Assembly: GCA_964527535.1 (NCBI GenBank) | Contig: CAZGPW010000206.1 | Location: 1 to 62,875 of the forward strand | Direction: 5' to 3' | DNA: 62,875 nt | DNA from: an uncultured Bacteroidales bacterium | Lineage (GTDB): Bacteria > Bacteroidota > Bacteroidia > Bacteroidales > ML635J-15 | Part shown: positions 1 through 10,420 of the stretch, one piece after another | Numbering within the stretch: the stretch's first letter is position 1 | Layout of the letters: each line of letters begins with the position of its first letter | Notes under the pieces: generated by a model | What the model saw: only the letters and a program-made list of their open reading frames with translations | The model's database searches: none | What the model was told of the DNA's origin: nothing | Made by a program: the position numbers and the translations under genes

Positions 1-18
1 TTAAGGCGTCAAATCACC

Positions 19-240
19 TTAATACTCATCTTCATTGAAGAAAAAATCATCTTTGCTGGGGTAATCCGGCCAGATGTCTTCAATGCTGTCGTATGATTCG
101 CCTTCATCTTCAATTTCCTGAAGGTTTTCAATCACTTCGAGAGGCGCCCCTGATCGTATGGCATAATCGATGAGCTCTTCTTTGGTTGCAGGCCAGGGAG
201 CGTCTTCCAGTTTTGATGCTAATTCAAGAGTCCAATACAT
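19..240 (-). CDS. DUF2795-like small acidic protein
   Basis: 73-aa ORF. 'PATKEELIDYAIRSGAPLEVIENLQ' followed by an acidic tail fits the DUF2795 pattern (recognised from memory). Confidence 0.55.
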   Translation of the reverse strand: MYWTLELASKLEDAPWPATKEELIDYAIRSGAPLEVIENLQEIEDEGESYDSIEDIWPDYPSKDDFFFNEDEY

Positions 241-300
241 AAGAATTTACCTTTTTTATCCGTTTTTTCAGGACTGCGAATATAAAAAAAATATCAATAG

Positions 301-867
301 TCAAATAGTATTTGTCCACAAATTTTCAATATTGTTATTTTTATGTGTGAGATACCTTGCCAACACGAAGAAATAGTCAGATAAGCGATTCAAATATTTT
401 ATAACAGCGGGGTTAACATCATTTTTAACAGCGATGTTTATTGATGTCCGCTCAGCCCGCCGGCATACAGTCCTTGCTATATGACAAGCCGCTGCAGGCA
501 TATAACCTCCGGGAATGATAAAACTGTTGAGCTCGGGAAGTGTTTTATCCATTTTGTCAATTTTATTCTCAAGAAAATCAACATTATTATCACCAAGTAA
601 AGGGGATGGGGTCATTTTTGACGTGGCATTGCCTTTATCATCTGCCATATCAGCGCACAATGAAAATAAGTCCTTCTGAATTGACATCAATGTGTGTTTT
701 TCTTGTTCTGATACATCATCATAAGATCGTATCAGGCCAACCCATGCATTGAGCTCATCTACAGTACCACATGCATTAAGTTGTTCATGGTTTTTGGCAA
801 CCTTTTGTCCATTTATCAAGTTGGTTTTGCCGAGATCCCCATATTTTGTATAAATTTTCTTTGCCAT
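301..867 (-). CDS. PduO-type ATP:cob(I)alamin adenosyltransferase
   Basis: 188 aa. 'YTKYGDLGKTNL', 'ACGTVDELNAWVG' and 'FIIPGG...AACHIARTVCRRAER' are typical of PduO-type adenosyltransferases. Confidence 0.85.
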   Translation of the reverse strand: MAKKIYTKYGDLGKTNLINGQKVAKNHEQLNACGTVDELNAWVGLIRSYDDVSEQEKHTLMSIQKDLFSLCADMADDKGNATSKMTPSPLLGDNNVDFLENKIDKMDKTLPELNSFIIPGGYMPAAACHIARTVCRRAERTSINIAVKNDVNPAVIKYLNRLSDYFFVLARYLTHKNNNIENLWTNTI

Positions 868-869
868 AA

Positions 870-1580
870 TTAAGCTTTAACAAGGATTTTGGGGTTTTTG
901 TTAACAGTGTCAGATTCGATTTTGCCGTCGCGTAAGCGTACGATACGTCTTGCATGCACAGCGATATCTTCTTCGTGGGTAACCAACACCACCGTATTCC
1001 CGGCGTTGTGAATTTCCTCGAAGAGCTGCATGATATCCAGGGAAGTTTTGGTGTCAAGGTTACCCGTAGGTTCATCAGCGAGGATAATGGCGGGTTTGTT
1101 CACAAGTGCCCTGGCAACAGCGACACGTTGGCGCTGGCCACCGGAAAGCTCATTGGGTTTGTGATGCATGCGGTCTGCAAGCCCGACGGATGACAACACT
1201 TCCTTAGCCCTTTGTTCCCTTTCTTTCTTTTTTATCCCGGCATAAACCAATGGTAACATCACATTGTCCAAGGCATTAAACCGGGGAAGAAGGTTGAAAA
1301 CCTGAAAAATAAACCCGATTTCCTGGTTACGAATTTCTGCCAGCTCATTATCGGTCATCTGGCTTACGTTGGTGCCGTTAAGTATGTATTCTCCTTTTGT
1401 TAAAGAATCAAGGCACCCTATAATGTTCATGAGGGTGGATTTTCCGCTGCCGGAAGGCCCCATAACGGCCACATATTCATTCTTTTTGATGTTCAGATCT
1501 ATGGAGCGCAATGCTTTGACAGTCTGAACGCCCATTTCGTAATGCTTGACCAGTTTCTGAAGTTGGATAATATCTTCCAT
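870..1580 (-). CDS. ABC transporter ATP-binding protein (MacB/LolD-like)
   Basis: Walker [13 protein letters not shown] signature [15 protein letters not shown], Walker [13 protein letters not shown]. Confidence 0.9.
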   Translation of the reverse strand: MEDIIQLQKLVKHYEMGVQTVKALRSIDLNIKKNEYVAVMGPSGSGKSTLMNIIGCLDSLTKGEYILNGTNVSQMTDNELAEIRNQEIGFIFQVFNLLPRFNALDNVMLPLVYAGIKKKEREQRAKEVLSSVGLADRMHHKPNELSGGQRQRVAVARALVNKPAIILADEPTGNLDTKTSLDIMQLFEEIHNAGNTVVLVTHEEDIAVHARRIVRLRDGKIESDTVNKNPKILVKA

Positions 1581-1649
1581 GTTGATGCTGTCAATGCTTG
1601 TTTTGACTTGTTTTAGTTAGTTATATGCTATATTTTAACGTATGATCAA

Positions 1650-3824
1650 TCATAAATTTTCCATCAAAAAGTCCGTCATTTTAGTGTAGAGATGTAACCT
1701 TGCATTTCCGCCATAAATACCGTGGTCCCTGTTGGGATAAGCCATCATCTCAAAATGCTTATTGGCAGCCACCAATTTGTTGATGTAATCCATGCTGTTC
1801 TGAAAATGCACGTTATCATCTGCTGTGCCGTGCACAAGCAAAAGCTCGCCCTCAAGTTTACCAATATGATTGATGGGAGAATTGTCGTCGTATCCACCGG
1901 CGTTGTCCTGAGGCAATCCATTGTAGCGTTCGGTATATATGGTATCGTAATATCGCCAGTTGGTTACGGGTGCCACTGCAATACCGGCCACAAAATAATC
2001 AGCTCCTTTGGTCAGGCATAAATTGGTCAGGTATCCGCCGTAACTCCATCCGAAAATACCAATGCGTTTCTCGTCAATATATTTACGTTCAGCCAGTTGT
2101 TTTGCACATGTGATGAGGTCCTCGGTTTCGTATTTGCCTAGTTCTTCATAAGTAATTTGTTTGAAGTCCCTGCCACGAAACCCCGTTCCCCGGTTATCCA
2201 CCGACACAACGATATATCCTTTTTGAGCCAGCAATTGCCACCATCCGTTGTTGTGATCCCAGGCATCTGCTACCGTTTGTGAGCCGGGGCCTCCGTAGGT
2301 ATAAATCAATACGGGGTACGATTTCCTTTTTTTGAAATCCGGAGGTTTTATCATCCATGCATTCAGGTCTGTTTTATTATCAGCAGCTTTAAGGGTAAAA
2401 AATTCTTTGTTTTGGAAACCATAATCTTCCATGGTTGCTTTCATGCCTTTGTTTTCTTTCAGCAAGCGGACAAATTCAGTGTTTTTACGGTGAAGACTTA
2501 CAGTAAGCGGGGTGTTGGCATCGGTGTGTTCCTCGATGTAGTATTTGTACCCTTTGCTGAATTTGAATTTTGTGGTGCCTGTTTTATCATTCAGTTTTTT
2601 CTTCTGTTCCCCGGTTTCGCTGATGGCATACACATTACGTTCCATGGGGGATGTCTCAGCGGACTGATAATAATACATTTTTTCCCCGGCATCGTATCCA
2701 TAAAAATCAGTCACTTCCCAATTTCCGGAGGTAACCTGATTTTGTAATTCCCCTTCCATGTTATAACGGTACAAATGCCGAAATCCACTTTCTGAATGCG
2801 TCATCACAAAATGTTCTCCGTCCGGCAGAAATGTCACATCATCATGCAACTCGATGTAATTTTCGGCGTTGAGGGAGAGGATGATGTTGGATGCATTGCT
2901 TTCTGCATTTACCTTATGGAGATTGTATTCATTTTGTAGCCTGTTCATGCTGACAACAGCAAACTCAGATGGATTTGCTGTTTGATAAATGCGGGGCACA
3001 TAAAATTCGCCTTCCGTGTCAAGCTTAACATGTTGAGTTTTTCCTGATTGAATATCGTAAATATGCACACTGACCTCAGAATTTTCTTCACCAGCCTTGG
3101 GGTATTTATATTTGTATTGGTCAGGGTATAGGTTCCCGTATATTGGCATGTTAAATTCTTTGACATTGCTTTCGTCTGTTTTTAAAAAAGCAATGTATTG
3201 GTTGTTTTTTGACCAGGTATAGGCTTTTGCAAAACTGAATTCTTCTTCATATACCCAGTCCGGGATGCCATTGATAATTTTGTTTTTTTCGCCGTCATCC
3301 GTGATTTGTGTGGTTTGTTTGGTTTCAATGTCATATAGATACATGTTATTGTCCAGCACATAACTAACGTAATTTCCTTGCGGCGAAAATACGGCTGCCT
3401 GGATTTTGTTTCCTTCACTCACGGGGGCAATGGAATTATTTTCTCTGTTAAAAATATGAAAGTTTGCTTTATATGAATGCCTGTAAATGGATTTATGGCC
3501 TGTGGCAATCAACATGAGGTTTTCATCTTTACTGAATTTATAGTCGAATATCCACTCGTTTTCATACGTGTCTTCAAAAATACCGAGTTTAAAAATGACA
3601 CTGTCTTTTTCACCGGTTTCATAATCTGCCATTAGAATGCTGTTGCGGGTCATGTTAAGCCTGGTAAAATGTTTGCCATCGTCCATGCTGCGAATTCCAC
3701 GAACCATGCCCGGCTGAAATCGTCCTTTTGACCAAATGTCTTCCAGTGTGATTTCTTTCTGTGCAAAAATTGGTGTTGCAATCAACAATACCAATAGGCT
3801 GATGATAGTACTATGTGTTTTCAT
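1650..3824 (-). CDS. S9B family dipeptidyl-peptidase IV
   Basis: 724 aa with an N-terminal signal peptide and a propeller-like N-half. C-terminal hydrolase motifs DNRGTG, GWSYGG (nucleophile elbow) and HGTADDNVH. Confidence 0.9.
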   Translation of the reverse strand: MKTHSTIISLLVLLIATPIFAQKEITLEDIWSKGRFQPGMVRGIRSMDDGKHFTRLNMTRNSILMADYETGEKDSVIFKLGIFEDTYENEWIFDYKFSKDENLMLIATGHKSIYRHSYKANFHIFNRENNSIAPVSEGNKIQAAVFSPQGNYVSYVLDNNMYLYDIETKQTTQITDDGEKNKIINGIPDWVYEEEFSFAKAYTWSKNNQYIAFLKTDESNVKEFNMPIYGNLYPDQYKYKYPKAGEENSEVSVHIYDIQSGKTQHVKLDTEGEFYVPRIYQTANPSEFAVVSMNRLQNEYNLHKVNAESNASNIILSLNAENYIELHDDVTFLPDGEHFVMTHSESGFRHLYRYNMEGELQNQVTSGNWEVTDFYGYDAGEKMYYYQSAETSPMERNVYAISETGEQKKKLNDKTGTTKFKFSKGYKYYIEEHTDANTPLTVSLHRKNTEFVRLLKENKGMKATMEDYGFQNKEFFTLKAADNKTDLNAWMIKPPDFKKRKSYPVLIYTYGGPGSQTVADAWDHNNGWWQLLAQKGYIVVSVDNRGTGFRGRDFKQITYEELGKYETEDLITCAKQLAERKYIDEKRIGIFGWSYGGYLTNLCLTKGADYFVAGIAVAPVTNWRYYDTIYTERYNGLPQDNAGGYDDNSPINHIGKLEGELLLVHGTADDNVHFQNSMDYINKLVAANKHFEMMAYPNRDHGIYGGNARLHLYTKMTDFLMENL

Positions 3825-4007
3825 TTTTTTGTTTTATTTAAAGATTTCCAAACAAAAGTAACAATTTCCCTGCCGAAAAATACAGCTCTTAATAAATTTT
3901 AGTGTTTTTGCTGATTTATACTTATTGTTTCATGGGGTTATAATTATACAGGATTTGCTCTTTCATTGCATTTGTCCTCAATGGAAGTGTAAAAGAAATA
4001 CACCATT

Positions 4008-4697
4008 TTAGTTTTGAGATAATTTCTCGAGTCGTTTAAACGATTTAATAAACTTATTAAAATCAAAAGGATTGCCATGGCCCGGGTAAAAATGTTTTGC
4101 CCCGTTTTCGTTCAGGATATGCCATGATTTAAGCAGTGCCTTTTTATCGTTGATAAACGGTGGGATAACACGCCTTGTAAACTTCAGGTTAAAACAGGTA
4201 TCCCCGGTAAAGGCGTTGCCGTTCTCAAACAATACCGAGACAGATCCTTCAGTATGACCGGGGGTAGGGATGATAAAAGCCGAAAAACCATAAGGACGCA
4301 GGTCTGTCTTATATTGAATGGTTTCATCTGCTTTCACAGTGGTAAATTTCATACGCCGCGGAAACAATTTGAACAACCTGATTCCCAATTTCGCAACAAA
4401 AGTAACAGGGTCAGGCAACACAACCTCAGCGTTCTCAATGATGGCTGCCTCAGATTTGTGTATGAAAATCCGTGCATTGGTCAAAAATTTCAAAAACTCC
4501 AGGTTGCCTGCATGGTCGTAGTGAGCATGGGTAATGACTATGATTTTAACTTTGCATGGAGAAATATTATGCTTCCGCATGAAGCGCAGGATTTTTTTAC
4601 TTTTTTTTGGAATACCAGTATCAATAAGCATCCAGCCGGTTGCCGAACGTATGAAATAAAGGTTAGCGTTTCCGAGTTTTAATCGTCGTATATTCAT
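4008..4697 (-). CDS. MBL-fold metallo-hydrolase
   Basis: HAHYDHAG (HxHxDH) motif. Start moved to the internal ATG (MNIRRLKLG) because the upstream 88 codons of the tracked ORF overlap the + strand gene at 4795 and look non-coding. Confidence 0.85.
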   Translation of the reverse strand: MNIRRLKLGNANLYFIRSATGWMLIDTGIPKKSKKILRFMRKHNISPCKVKIIVITHAHYDHAGNLEFLKFLTNARIFIHKSEAAIIENAEVVLPDPVTFVAKLGIRLFKLFPRRMKFTTVKADETIQYKTDLRPYGFSAFIIPTPGHTEGSVSVLFENGNAFTGDTCFNLKFTRRVIPPFINDKKALLKSWHILNENGAKHFYPGHGNPFDFNKFIKSFKRLEKLSQN

Positions 4698-4794
4698 ATT
4701 GTTTTCTTTCTTTGGCGTAAAATATAAAAATAATGCAACGTGACCATGGTAATATGTGTTTTTAATTTGAATCATTTTTTGTAATATTGAAAAC

Positions 4795-5421
4795 GTGAAA
4801 AAAATTGGATTCATATTGTTGCTGATTAGTGTGCCGGTCATTTTATGTGCCCAACTGGATGAGTCATTTGAAAAGAAAAACACCATTACGGGCGGCATGT
4901 TTATGAAGGTTGACAGCATGTCGGATAAACGCATGAGTTTTTGGCCTGAAATATACGGCACCTACGAATCCAATTTATCGGAACGGCTGGCGGGCTTTTT
5001 CCGGTTGAATGTCATCATCCCTGCAACCATCAGTTATCAGAAAGCAGATGTGTATGGTGATGTCATTTCAAAACAACATGCCAGGGGGTTTGGAATGACA
5101 CTGGGGGCAAGGTATTACATAAATGCCGTGATGCAAGGGTTTTACGTGGGGCCTTCGATTGGATATTACCGCTACAACCACACTTACGAATATGAAAATC
5201 GCATCAGCGATGATGAGTATTCAATAACTTCAGTGAGAGGTAGTATGGTTTTAGGGTATCAGCATGTGTACAAAAACGGTTTTACCATTCATGGGTATGT
5301 AGGTATTATGCTGGATCATAAAAACTATGCCAGGTTTATTTCGCTTATCGAAACGGTTCCTGCCGGCAGCACGAATTTGATAAAACCGGATGTTGGCTTA
5401 TCTTTTGGATATTATTTTTAA
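4795..5421 (+). CDS. putative outer-membrane beta-barrel protein
   Basis: GTG start, signal peptide MKKIGFILLLISVPVILCAQ, alternating aromatic/Gly-rich strands, C-terminal 'GLSFGYYF' ending in Phe. Confidence 0.6.
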   Translation: MKKIGFILLLISVPVILCAQLDESFEKKNTITGGMFMKVDSMSDKRMSFWPEIYGTYESNLSERLAGFFRLNVIIPATISYQKADVYGDVISKQHARGFGMTLGARYYINAVMQGFYVGPSIGYYRYNHTYEYENRISDDEYSITSVRGSMVLGYQHVYKNGFTIHGYVGIMLDHKNYARFISLIETVPAGSTNLIKPDVGLSFGYYF

Positions 5422-5437
5422 CTTTATATAAAATTAC

Positions 5438-6178
5438 ATGACTATGAAAAAATCATTTCAAACAATCATTATCCTGATGTTAAGTGTTATTGTTTTGTTT
5501 TCATGCCAATCAAATCCAAAACAAAATGACACAAAAGACAACGAAATTATACCAAACCACGAATTGGTAAAAACCGATAACCTGGAAATCATTGAAAACA
5601 GTGAAAGCGATGTACAATGGGAAAACATCAGCAGGCAAAGTGTTACCCTTGAAGGCTACCCCTTATCAAAATGCATAAAATTGCTTGTAGGGAAAACCGG
5701 CGCTAAGGTTTTTGTGGAAGGGCTTGACCATGACCCCGTGATGTACATTGCTTACAGGCCCGATGATATTTGGGAAACTTCTGTTGAGGAAAACCGCCGG
5801 AACCTTATTGAGCAACTGAAGGAGTTTTATAATTTCGCGTTTGAAGATGCTGCAAGGGAGCTTGAAATATATACCTTAACAGGTTATGACAGCACCAAAC
5901 TGAGTAATGCAGGCGAAGATGTTGCCGGCACATCGGTCAAATCGGTAAATAAAACCAAAACCTTTTCGAATTACAGTTTTGACCGGTTTATGGAAGCTTT
6001 GGAGAAAGAATTTGATGTGGTTTTTATCTCCGGTGTTGATGACAACTCAAAATACAATTTTGAGACCATATCCATGGCCAATGTTGAACAAGCTCTCAAT
6101 GATTTGAAACAGCAATACAACATGGAATTTAAAAAATCCAATGAGATGGCTGATGTAAAAATTGTGAGTTTTGAGTGA
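5438..6178 (+). CDS. hypothetical lipoprotein
   Basis: Signal peptide with lipobox-like 'LFSCQSN'. No recognisable catalytic motif. Confidence 0.5.
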   Translation: MTMKKSFQTIIILMLSVIVLFSCQSNPKQNDTKDNEIIPNHELVKTDNLEIIENSESDVQWENISRQSVTLEGYPLSKCIKLLVGKTGAKVFVEGLDHDPVMYIAYRPDDIWETSVEENRRNLIEQLKEFYNFAFEDAARELEIYTLTGYDSTKLSNAGEDVAGTSVKSVNKTKTFSNYSFDRFMEALEKEFDVVFISGVDDNSKYNFETISMANVEQALNDLKQQYNMEFKKSNEMADVKIVSFE

Positions 6179-6245
6179 GATACATAATTCAGTTGTTATA
6201 ATACCTGTATTTTATTAAATTTGTACCTTATTATTGAATTAAAAA

Positions 6246-7484
6246 ATGAGCATTGACAGCCTCATTATTGTCATAACCATCCTTCATGCTTATGTTTTTG
6301 CGATCATGCTGTTTGCAAGAAACCAGGCGGGAAGCCGCGTACTTGGTTTCTTTATGGTGAATTTCTTTATTCAAAGCTTTTTGTTTGCCAATTTCCACAT
6401 TTTTCACATTGAATCCCTGCATGTTTTGTTCTATTTGGGATTGTCTTCCTTATCATTACTTGAATTTCCATTGATTTATTTGTATGTCAGGTATATGTCT
6501 GATGCCGATTTTAAGCTCACCTGGCGACAAGCATTGCATTTTCTGCCTGCTTTCGTGATATTTGTATGTCAGGTAGCAACCTATTTGTCTTTGGAACCAG
6601 CAACAAAAACAGTACTACTGGCGTCTGATGGATTATTAAATGTGCCTGAATTGAGTGCATTTAATGCAGTGTATTCAATTTCAATCATTATACTGTTTAT
6701 TCAGGTATTTGCATATTCAACGGTGATGATTATCAGGCTTATTAAGCACAAGAAAAACATTGAAAATTACTATTCTTATAAGCATAAAATTTCCCTGAGG
6801 TGGTTACTTGCATTTGTTATTTTATACCTGGCATACTATATTGTTGAAATTATTATTTATTCCTTTCTATATCTGAAAATCTCTGAAACTGCCTATTTTT
6901 CCATTTTGGCGGTACATATTTTCTTTGTTGGCATATTTGGGTTACGGCAAAAGGAGATTTTTGATCCGGAGCACAAAAAAGAAGAGGAAGAATCATTTCC
7001 TTATCCGGTTATTGAAAAAGGCGAAGACAACACGTCAGGCGATCCCATTAAAGAACAATTGGTGAAAGAGGTTGAGCAAAAAGCCGCTACCCGGGAAAAG
7101 CAAGAGTTATTAAGTGATGACATGAAGAAAATGCTTGCTGATAAAATTACCGGGATCATTGAATCTGAACAGCTTTATCTGGATGACGAGCTTTCCCTGA
7201 ACAAGTTGGCAGAACAACTTGAAATACACAAAAATTACGTGTCTCATGTTATAAATAATGAGTTCAATGTTAACTTTTATAACTTTATCAACAAGTACAG
7301 AATTGAAGAAGCCAAACGTTTGTTGGCGGATGAACAATACGACCATTATTCAATTGAGGGCATCGCAAAATCCTGCGGCTTTAAATCCCGGAATGTGTTT
7401 TATCCGATATTTAAAAAACACATGGGAATGACACCCCGTGAATTCAAAAACAAGATACAGCAGCCTAATAGCCAGAGTAACTGA
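6246..7484 (+). CDS. membrane-anchored AraC-family transcriptional regulator
   Basis: About 230 aa of hydrophobic helices, an acidic linker, then a C-terminal AraC HTH ('YVSHVINNEFNVNFYNFINKYRIEEAK', 'GFKSRNVFYPIFKKHMGMTPREFK'). Confidence 0.8.
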   Translation: MSIDSLIIVITILHAYVFAIMLFARNQAGSRVLGFFMVNFFIQSFLFANFHIFHIESLHVLFYLGLSSLSLLEFPLIYLYVRYMSDADFKLTWRQALHFLPAFVIFVCQVATYLSLEPATKTVLLASDGLLNVPELSAFNAVYSISIIILFIQVFAYSTVMIIRLIKHKKNIENYYSYKHKISLRWLLAFVILYLAYYIVEIIIYSFLYLKISETAYFSILAVHIFFVGIFGLRQKEIFDPEHKKEEEESFPYPVIEKGEDNTSGDPIKEQLVKEVEQKAATREKQELLSDDMKKMLADKITGIIESEQLYLDDELSLNKLAEQLEIHKNYVSHVINNEFNVNFYNFINKYRIEEAKRLLADEQYDHYSIEGIAKSCGFKSRNVFYPIFKKHMGMTPREFKNKIQQPNSQSN

Positions 7485-7651
7485 CCTTTTTTTAATCTTC
7501 CAAAATGTCATAATTTATCCATTCTTACATGTTATTTTGTTCTTAATTCCTCCAGTGATCAAAATTCATGTATCTTGAGATACATTAGAGTCATACAGTG
7601 TCGATTTTTTCTTGTGAAACTTATATTCACTCGTTATAAATTTTAAAAACC

Positions 7652-10213
7652 ATGAAAAAAATAATTTACGCACTTATCATTGTTGTGTGCATTGGATATG
7701 TAACACATAATACAGCAAAATCACAGACTACATATACATTAGGCAGTGGTAATATTTATGAACAGGGTGGAGGAATTTCTGCTATTGGCTGCAAAGTTGA
7801 AGACTCTAAAGTGCAGTATTTAATCAGGGCTTCTGAACTTGCAAATCAAGGGGCAACAGAAGGTATCATAGTGAACCTGGCTTTAAAAATCTATGAAGTG
7901 CCCGCCTTTACATTGGAAAATTTTAACCTTTCACTTAAAGAGACCAACGATACCGTGTTGGAGTGTAATTTGGATGACACGGGGTTTACAAATGTGTTTA
8001 GCGAAGACATTGAACCATCAGAATTTACTGCTGATTCATGGAAAATCTTTCCCTTTGATGCAGGGTTTTATTGGGATGGTTCCAGTAATTTGTTGATACA
8101 GTTTTGTTTTGATAATCAAACTGATGATTATACATTTACCAATCCCGGAGGTATTTATGTATATACCCCTGGCAGTTACGATTGTACCAATTATTCAGGA
8201 ACGTATGATGATGCCGGTTGTAGTTTAACATCCCCTTGTTATTCATCCACTGAAAGAGCACAAATGCAGGTTTCGTTGTTTACAGCCCCTTATCATTGTC
8301 GCTTTCATAATTTGGACTCCGGCGGATCACCTTTGACTTTCAATAATGCCTATATCAGCGATAATACGCCGGCGTTTAGCGTTTCCGCCACACATACCAC
8401 AAGCTTTGACCGCTTTCAGGTAGAACTCAATACGGAATCAGATTTTACCGGCACTGCTTATACACAGACTTTTTCTGATGTTTATTCAACCGACACCCAA
8501 TATGAGCTGGATTGCAATTCCCTTTCACCGGTGTTGCCAAACACTAATGATGTAACCTATTATGTACGTGTGCGGGCATCGGCGGATGGTGGTAGCACGT
8601 GGGGAGAATGGTCATCAGGCATGTATTCTTTTACATATAAACTTGCCGGACATCCGGAATGGCTACAGGCTGAAGAAGACCAATTTGAAAGCGGGATTAT
8701 TCTGGAGGAAGGCGAATACGATTTTGGGAATACTTCTACACATGAATATGGTGCAGGATCCCTGAGTGATGGACGTATGTTTTGGTACAGATGTTATGTA
8801 ACGGAATTGTCTTATTTGCAATCTTTATCTGTTCAGTTACGGTATCCTGACGGAAATGTCAAACTTGCTTTGTATGATGAAAGCGGGGAATTTATTGCAG
8901 AGACTACCAGTGAAGCTTGCATAGCAGATGTCAATACATTAAATACAACAACAAATCCGTTGCTTGGTGAAAATATATACTACGTTGCCGTGATGCTCAG
9001 CAGTGATACACAACAAATATGGTATTCAGAAAATGATGGAGACCCATGGGGCAGGTATTATGATGGTGGATATGTTTATGGCAATTTTCCGTCATCGCTT
9101 CCTGCTTCGCCGGTAGAATGGAACAAGCGGTTTAATGTGTTTTTGACCACAGCAAATCCCAATGAATATATTTCTCCTCCCATAAAATACGCATTTTTTG
9201 ATGGTGCTGATTCCTGGGGCAATATTACATGGAACACAGGGGGAGCAGATACAATTACGGTGGGTGCATATACAGATGCTGACGTCACCACAGAAATACC
9301 TGGCATCCCCCCATCATCAACAAGCCCTGTAGATATTTCCGGCATAGATGAAACCACTTATGATGTTATTTATCTGAAAGCTACATTAGAAGGGGGAAAT
9401 CCTGTTTTGGAAAACTGGAAAGTGAGCTGTAATTACAGCATGGACATGGATTCTGAAGCCGAAAACCCGGTTAATCAGGTAGAAGCAGCCTATATTGATT
9501 CATCTGTCAATACCGATGCCGAAGCTCAGGAGGTGTTTGCATTTAAGATTACAGATATGGGTACAGCCGACGACGCTCCGACAATGGTCACCAATGTCCG
9601 CATCAAACCAGGAATAAACAACACTGCCGGTTGGACCGATCACATTCAGGGTGTTAAATTGTATGATAATGACGGATCTTCTTTTATATCGACAGAAAGC
9701 CCGGTTATTACTGATACATGTATTGATATCCCTGTTTCTCCGGGGGATTTTAATATCCCGGACGGAACATCAAAATTGGTTTCGCTCTATGTTTATTTGA
9801 ATACATCAAATATTGTTGATGGAGCAGTGCTGCATTTTCATATTGATTGCAATGACCATGGTTTTTCCAGTGACAGTTTGGGTTCTGGTTTTGCAGAAGC
9901 ATTTTCATCTGCCGATATTGAAAGCAACAACATGACCGTAACCTCTACACCAACCAGCATAAAACAGACAACCAATATTGATAGCCGTATTTATCCCAAT
10001 CCTTTTGATGATAAATTGTTCATTGGGCACAACCTGAAGGGTGTTTACGATGTAACAATACTTAATGCTTTTGGAAGTGTGTTGTACTACAATACACAAA
10101 CTATTGATTGCACTGGGGTGATCAACACCGGATTTCTCACACAAGGAGCTTACGTGCTGATCCTTACCAATGAAAATTCTGAAAAACGTATTTTCAGGGT
10201 CATAAAAAAGTAG
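7652..10213 (+). CDS. secreted protein with T9SS type-A C-terminal sorting domain
   Basis: Signal peptide. C-terminal 'IYPNPFDDKLFI...GAYVLILTNENSEKRIFRVIKK' matches the Por_Secre_tail pattern. Confidence 0.8.
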   Translation: MKKIIYALIIVVCIGYVTHNTAKSQTTYTLGSGNIYEQGGGISAIGCKVEDSKVQYLIRASELANQGATEGIIVNLALKIYEVPAFTLENFNLSLKETNDTVLECNLDDTGFTNVFSEDIEPSEFTADSWKIFPFDAGFYWDGSSNLLIQFCFDNQTDDYTFTNPGGIYVYTPGSYDCTNYSGTYDDAGCSLTSPCYSSTERAQMQVSLFTAPYHCRFHNLDSGGSPLTFNNAYISDNTPAFSVSATHTTSFDRFQVELNTESDFTGTAYTQTFSDVYSTDTQYELDCNSLSPVLPNTNDVTYYVRVRASADGGSTWGEWSSGMYSFTYKLAGHPEWLQAEEDQFESGIILEEGEYDFGNTSTHEYGAGSLSDGRMFWYRCYVTELSYLQSLSVQLRYPDGNVKLALYDESGEFIAETTSEACIADVNTLNTTTNPLLGENIYYVAVMLSSDTQQIWYSENDGDPWGRYYDGGYVYGNFPSSLPASPVEWNKRFNVFLTTANPNEYISPPIKYAFFDGADSWGNITWNTGGADTITVGAYTDADVTTEIPGIPPSSTSPVDISGIDETTYDVIYLKATLEGGNPVLENWKVSCNYSMDMDSEAENPVNQVEAAYIDSSVNTDAEAQEVFAFKITDMGTADDAPTMVTNVRIKPGINNTAGWTDHIQGVKLYDNDGSSFISTESPVITDTCIDIPVSPGDFNIPDGTSKLVSLYVYLNTSNIVDGAVLHFHIDCNDHGFSSDSLGSGFAEAFSSADIESNNMTVTSTPTSIKQTTNIDSRIYPNPFDDKLFIGHNLKGVYDVTILNAFGSVLYYNTQTIDCTGVINTGFLTQGAYVLILTNENSEKRIFRVIKK

Positions 10214-10420
10214 TGCGGTTTTTTTATTGCCGGAAATGCTTGCAAACCTGTATTGACAAACAGGAAAGCATTATGATGCAAACATGGTATTCCCAACAGG
10301 ATTGTCTGATTTTACACATTATGACATGATAAAGTATATCAGTATGATTTAAATGGTAAAAATGGTTTAATATTGCTATATAAAAAAAACATTGCTCATT
10401 ATTTTTAATATAGTTTGATT

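Noticed and set aside
4698-4961. 88-codon N-terminal extension of the MBL hydrolase ORF
   Set aside because: It overlaps the start of the + strand barrel gene (4795) and has no similarity to MBL N-termini. The internal ATG at 4697 gives a canonical 'MNIRRLKLG...' start.
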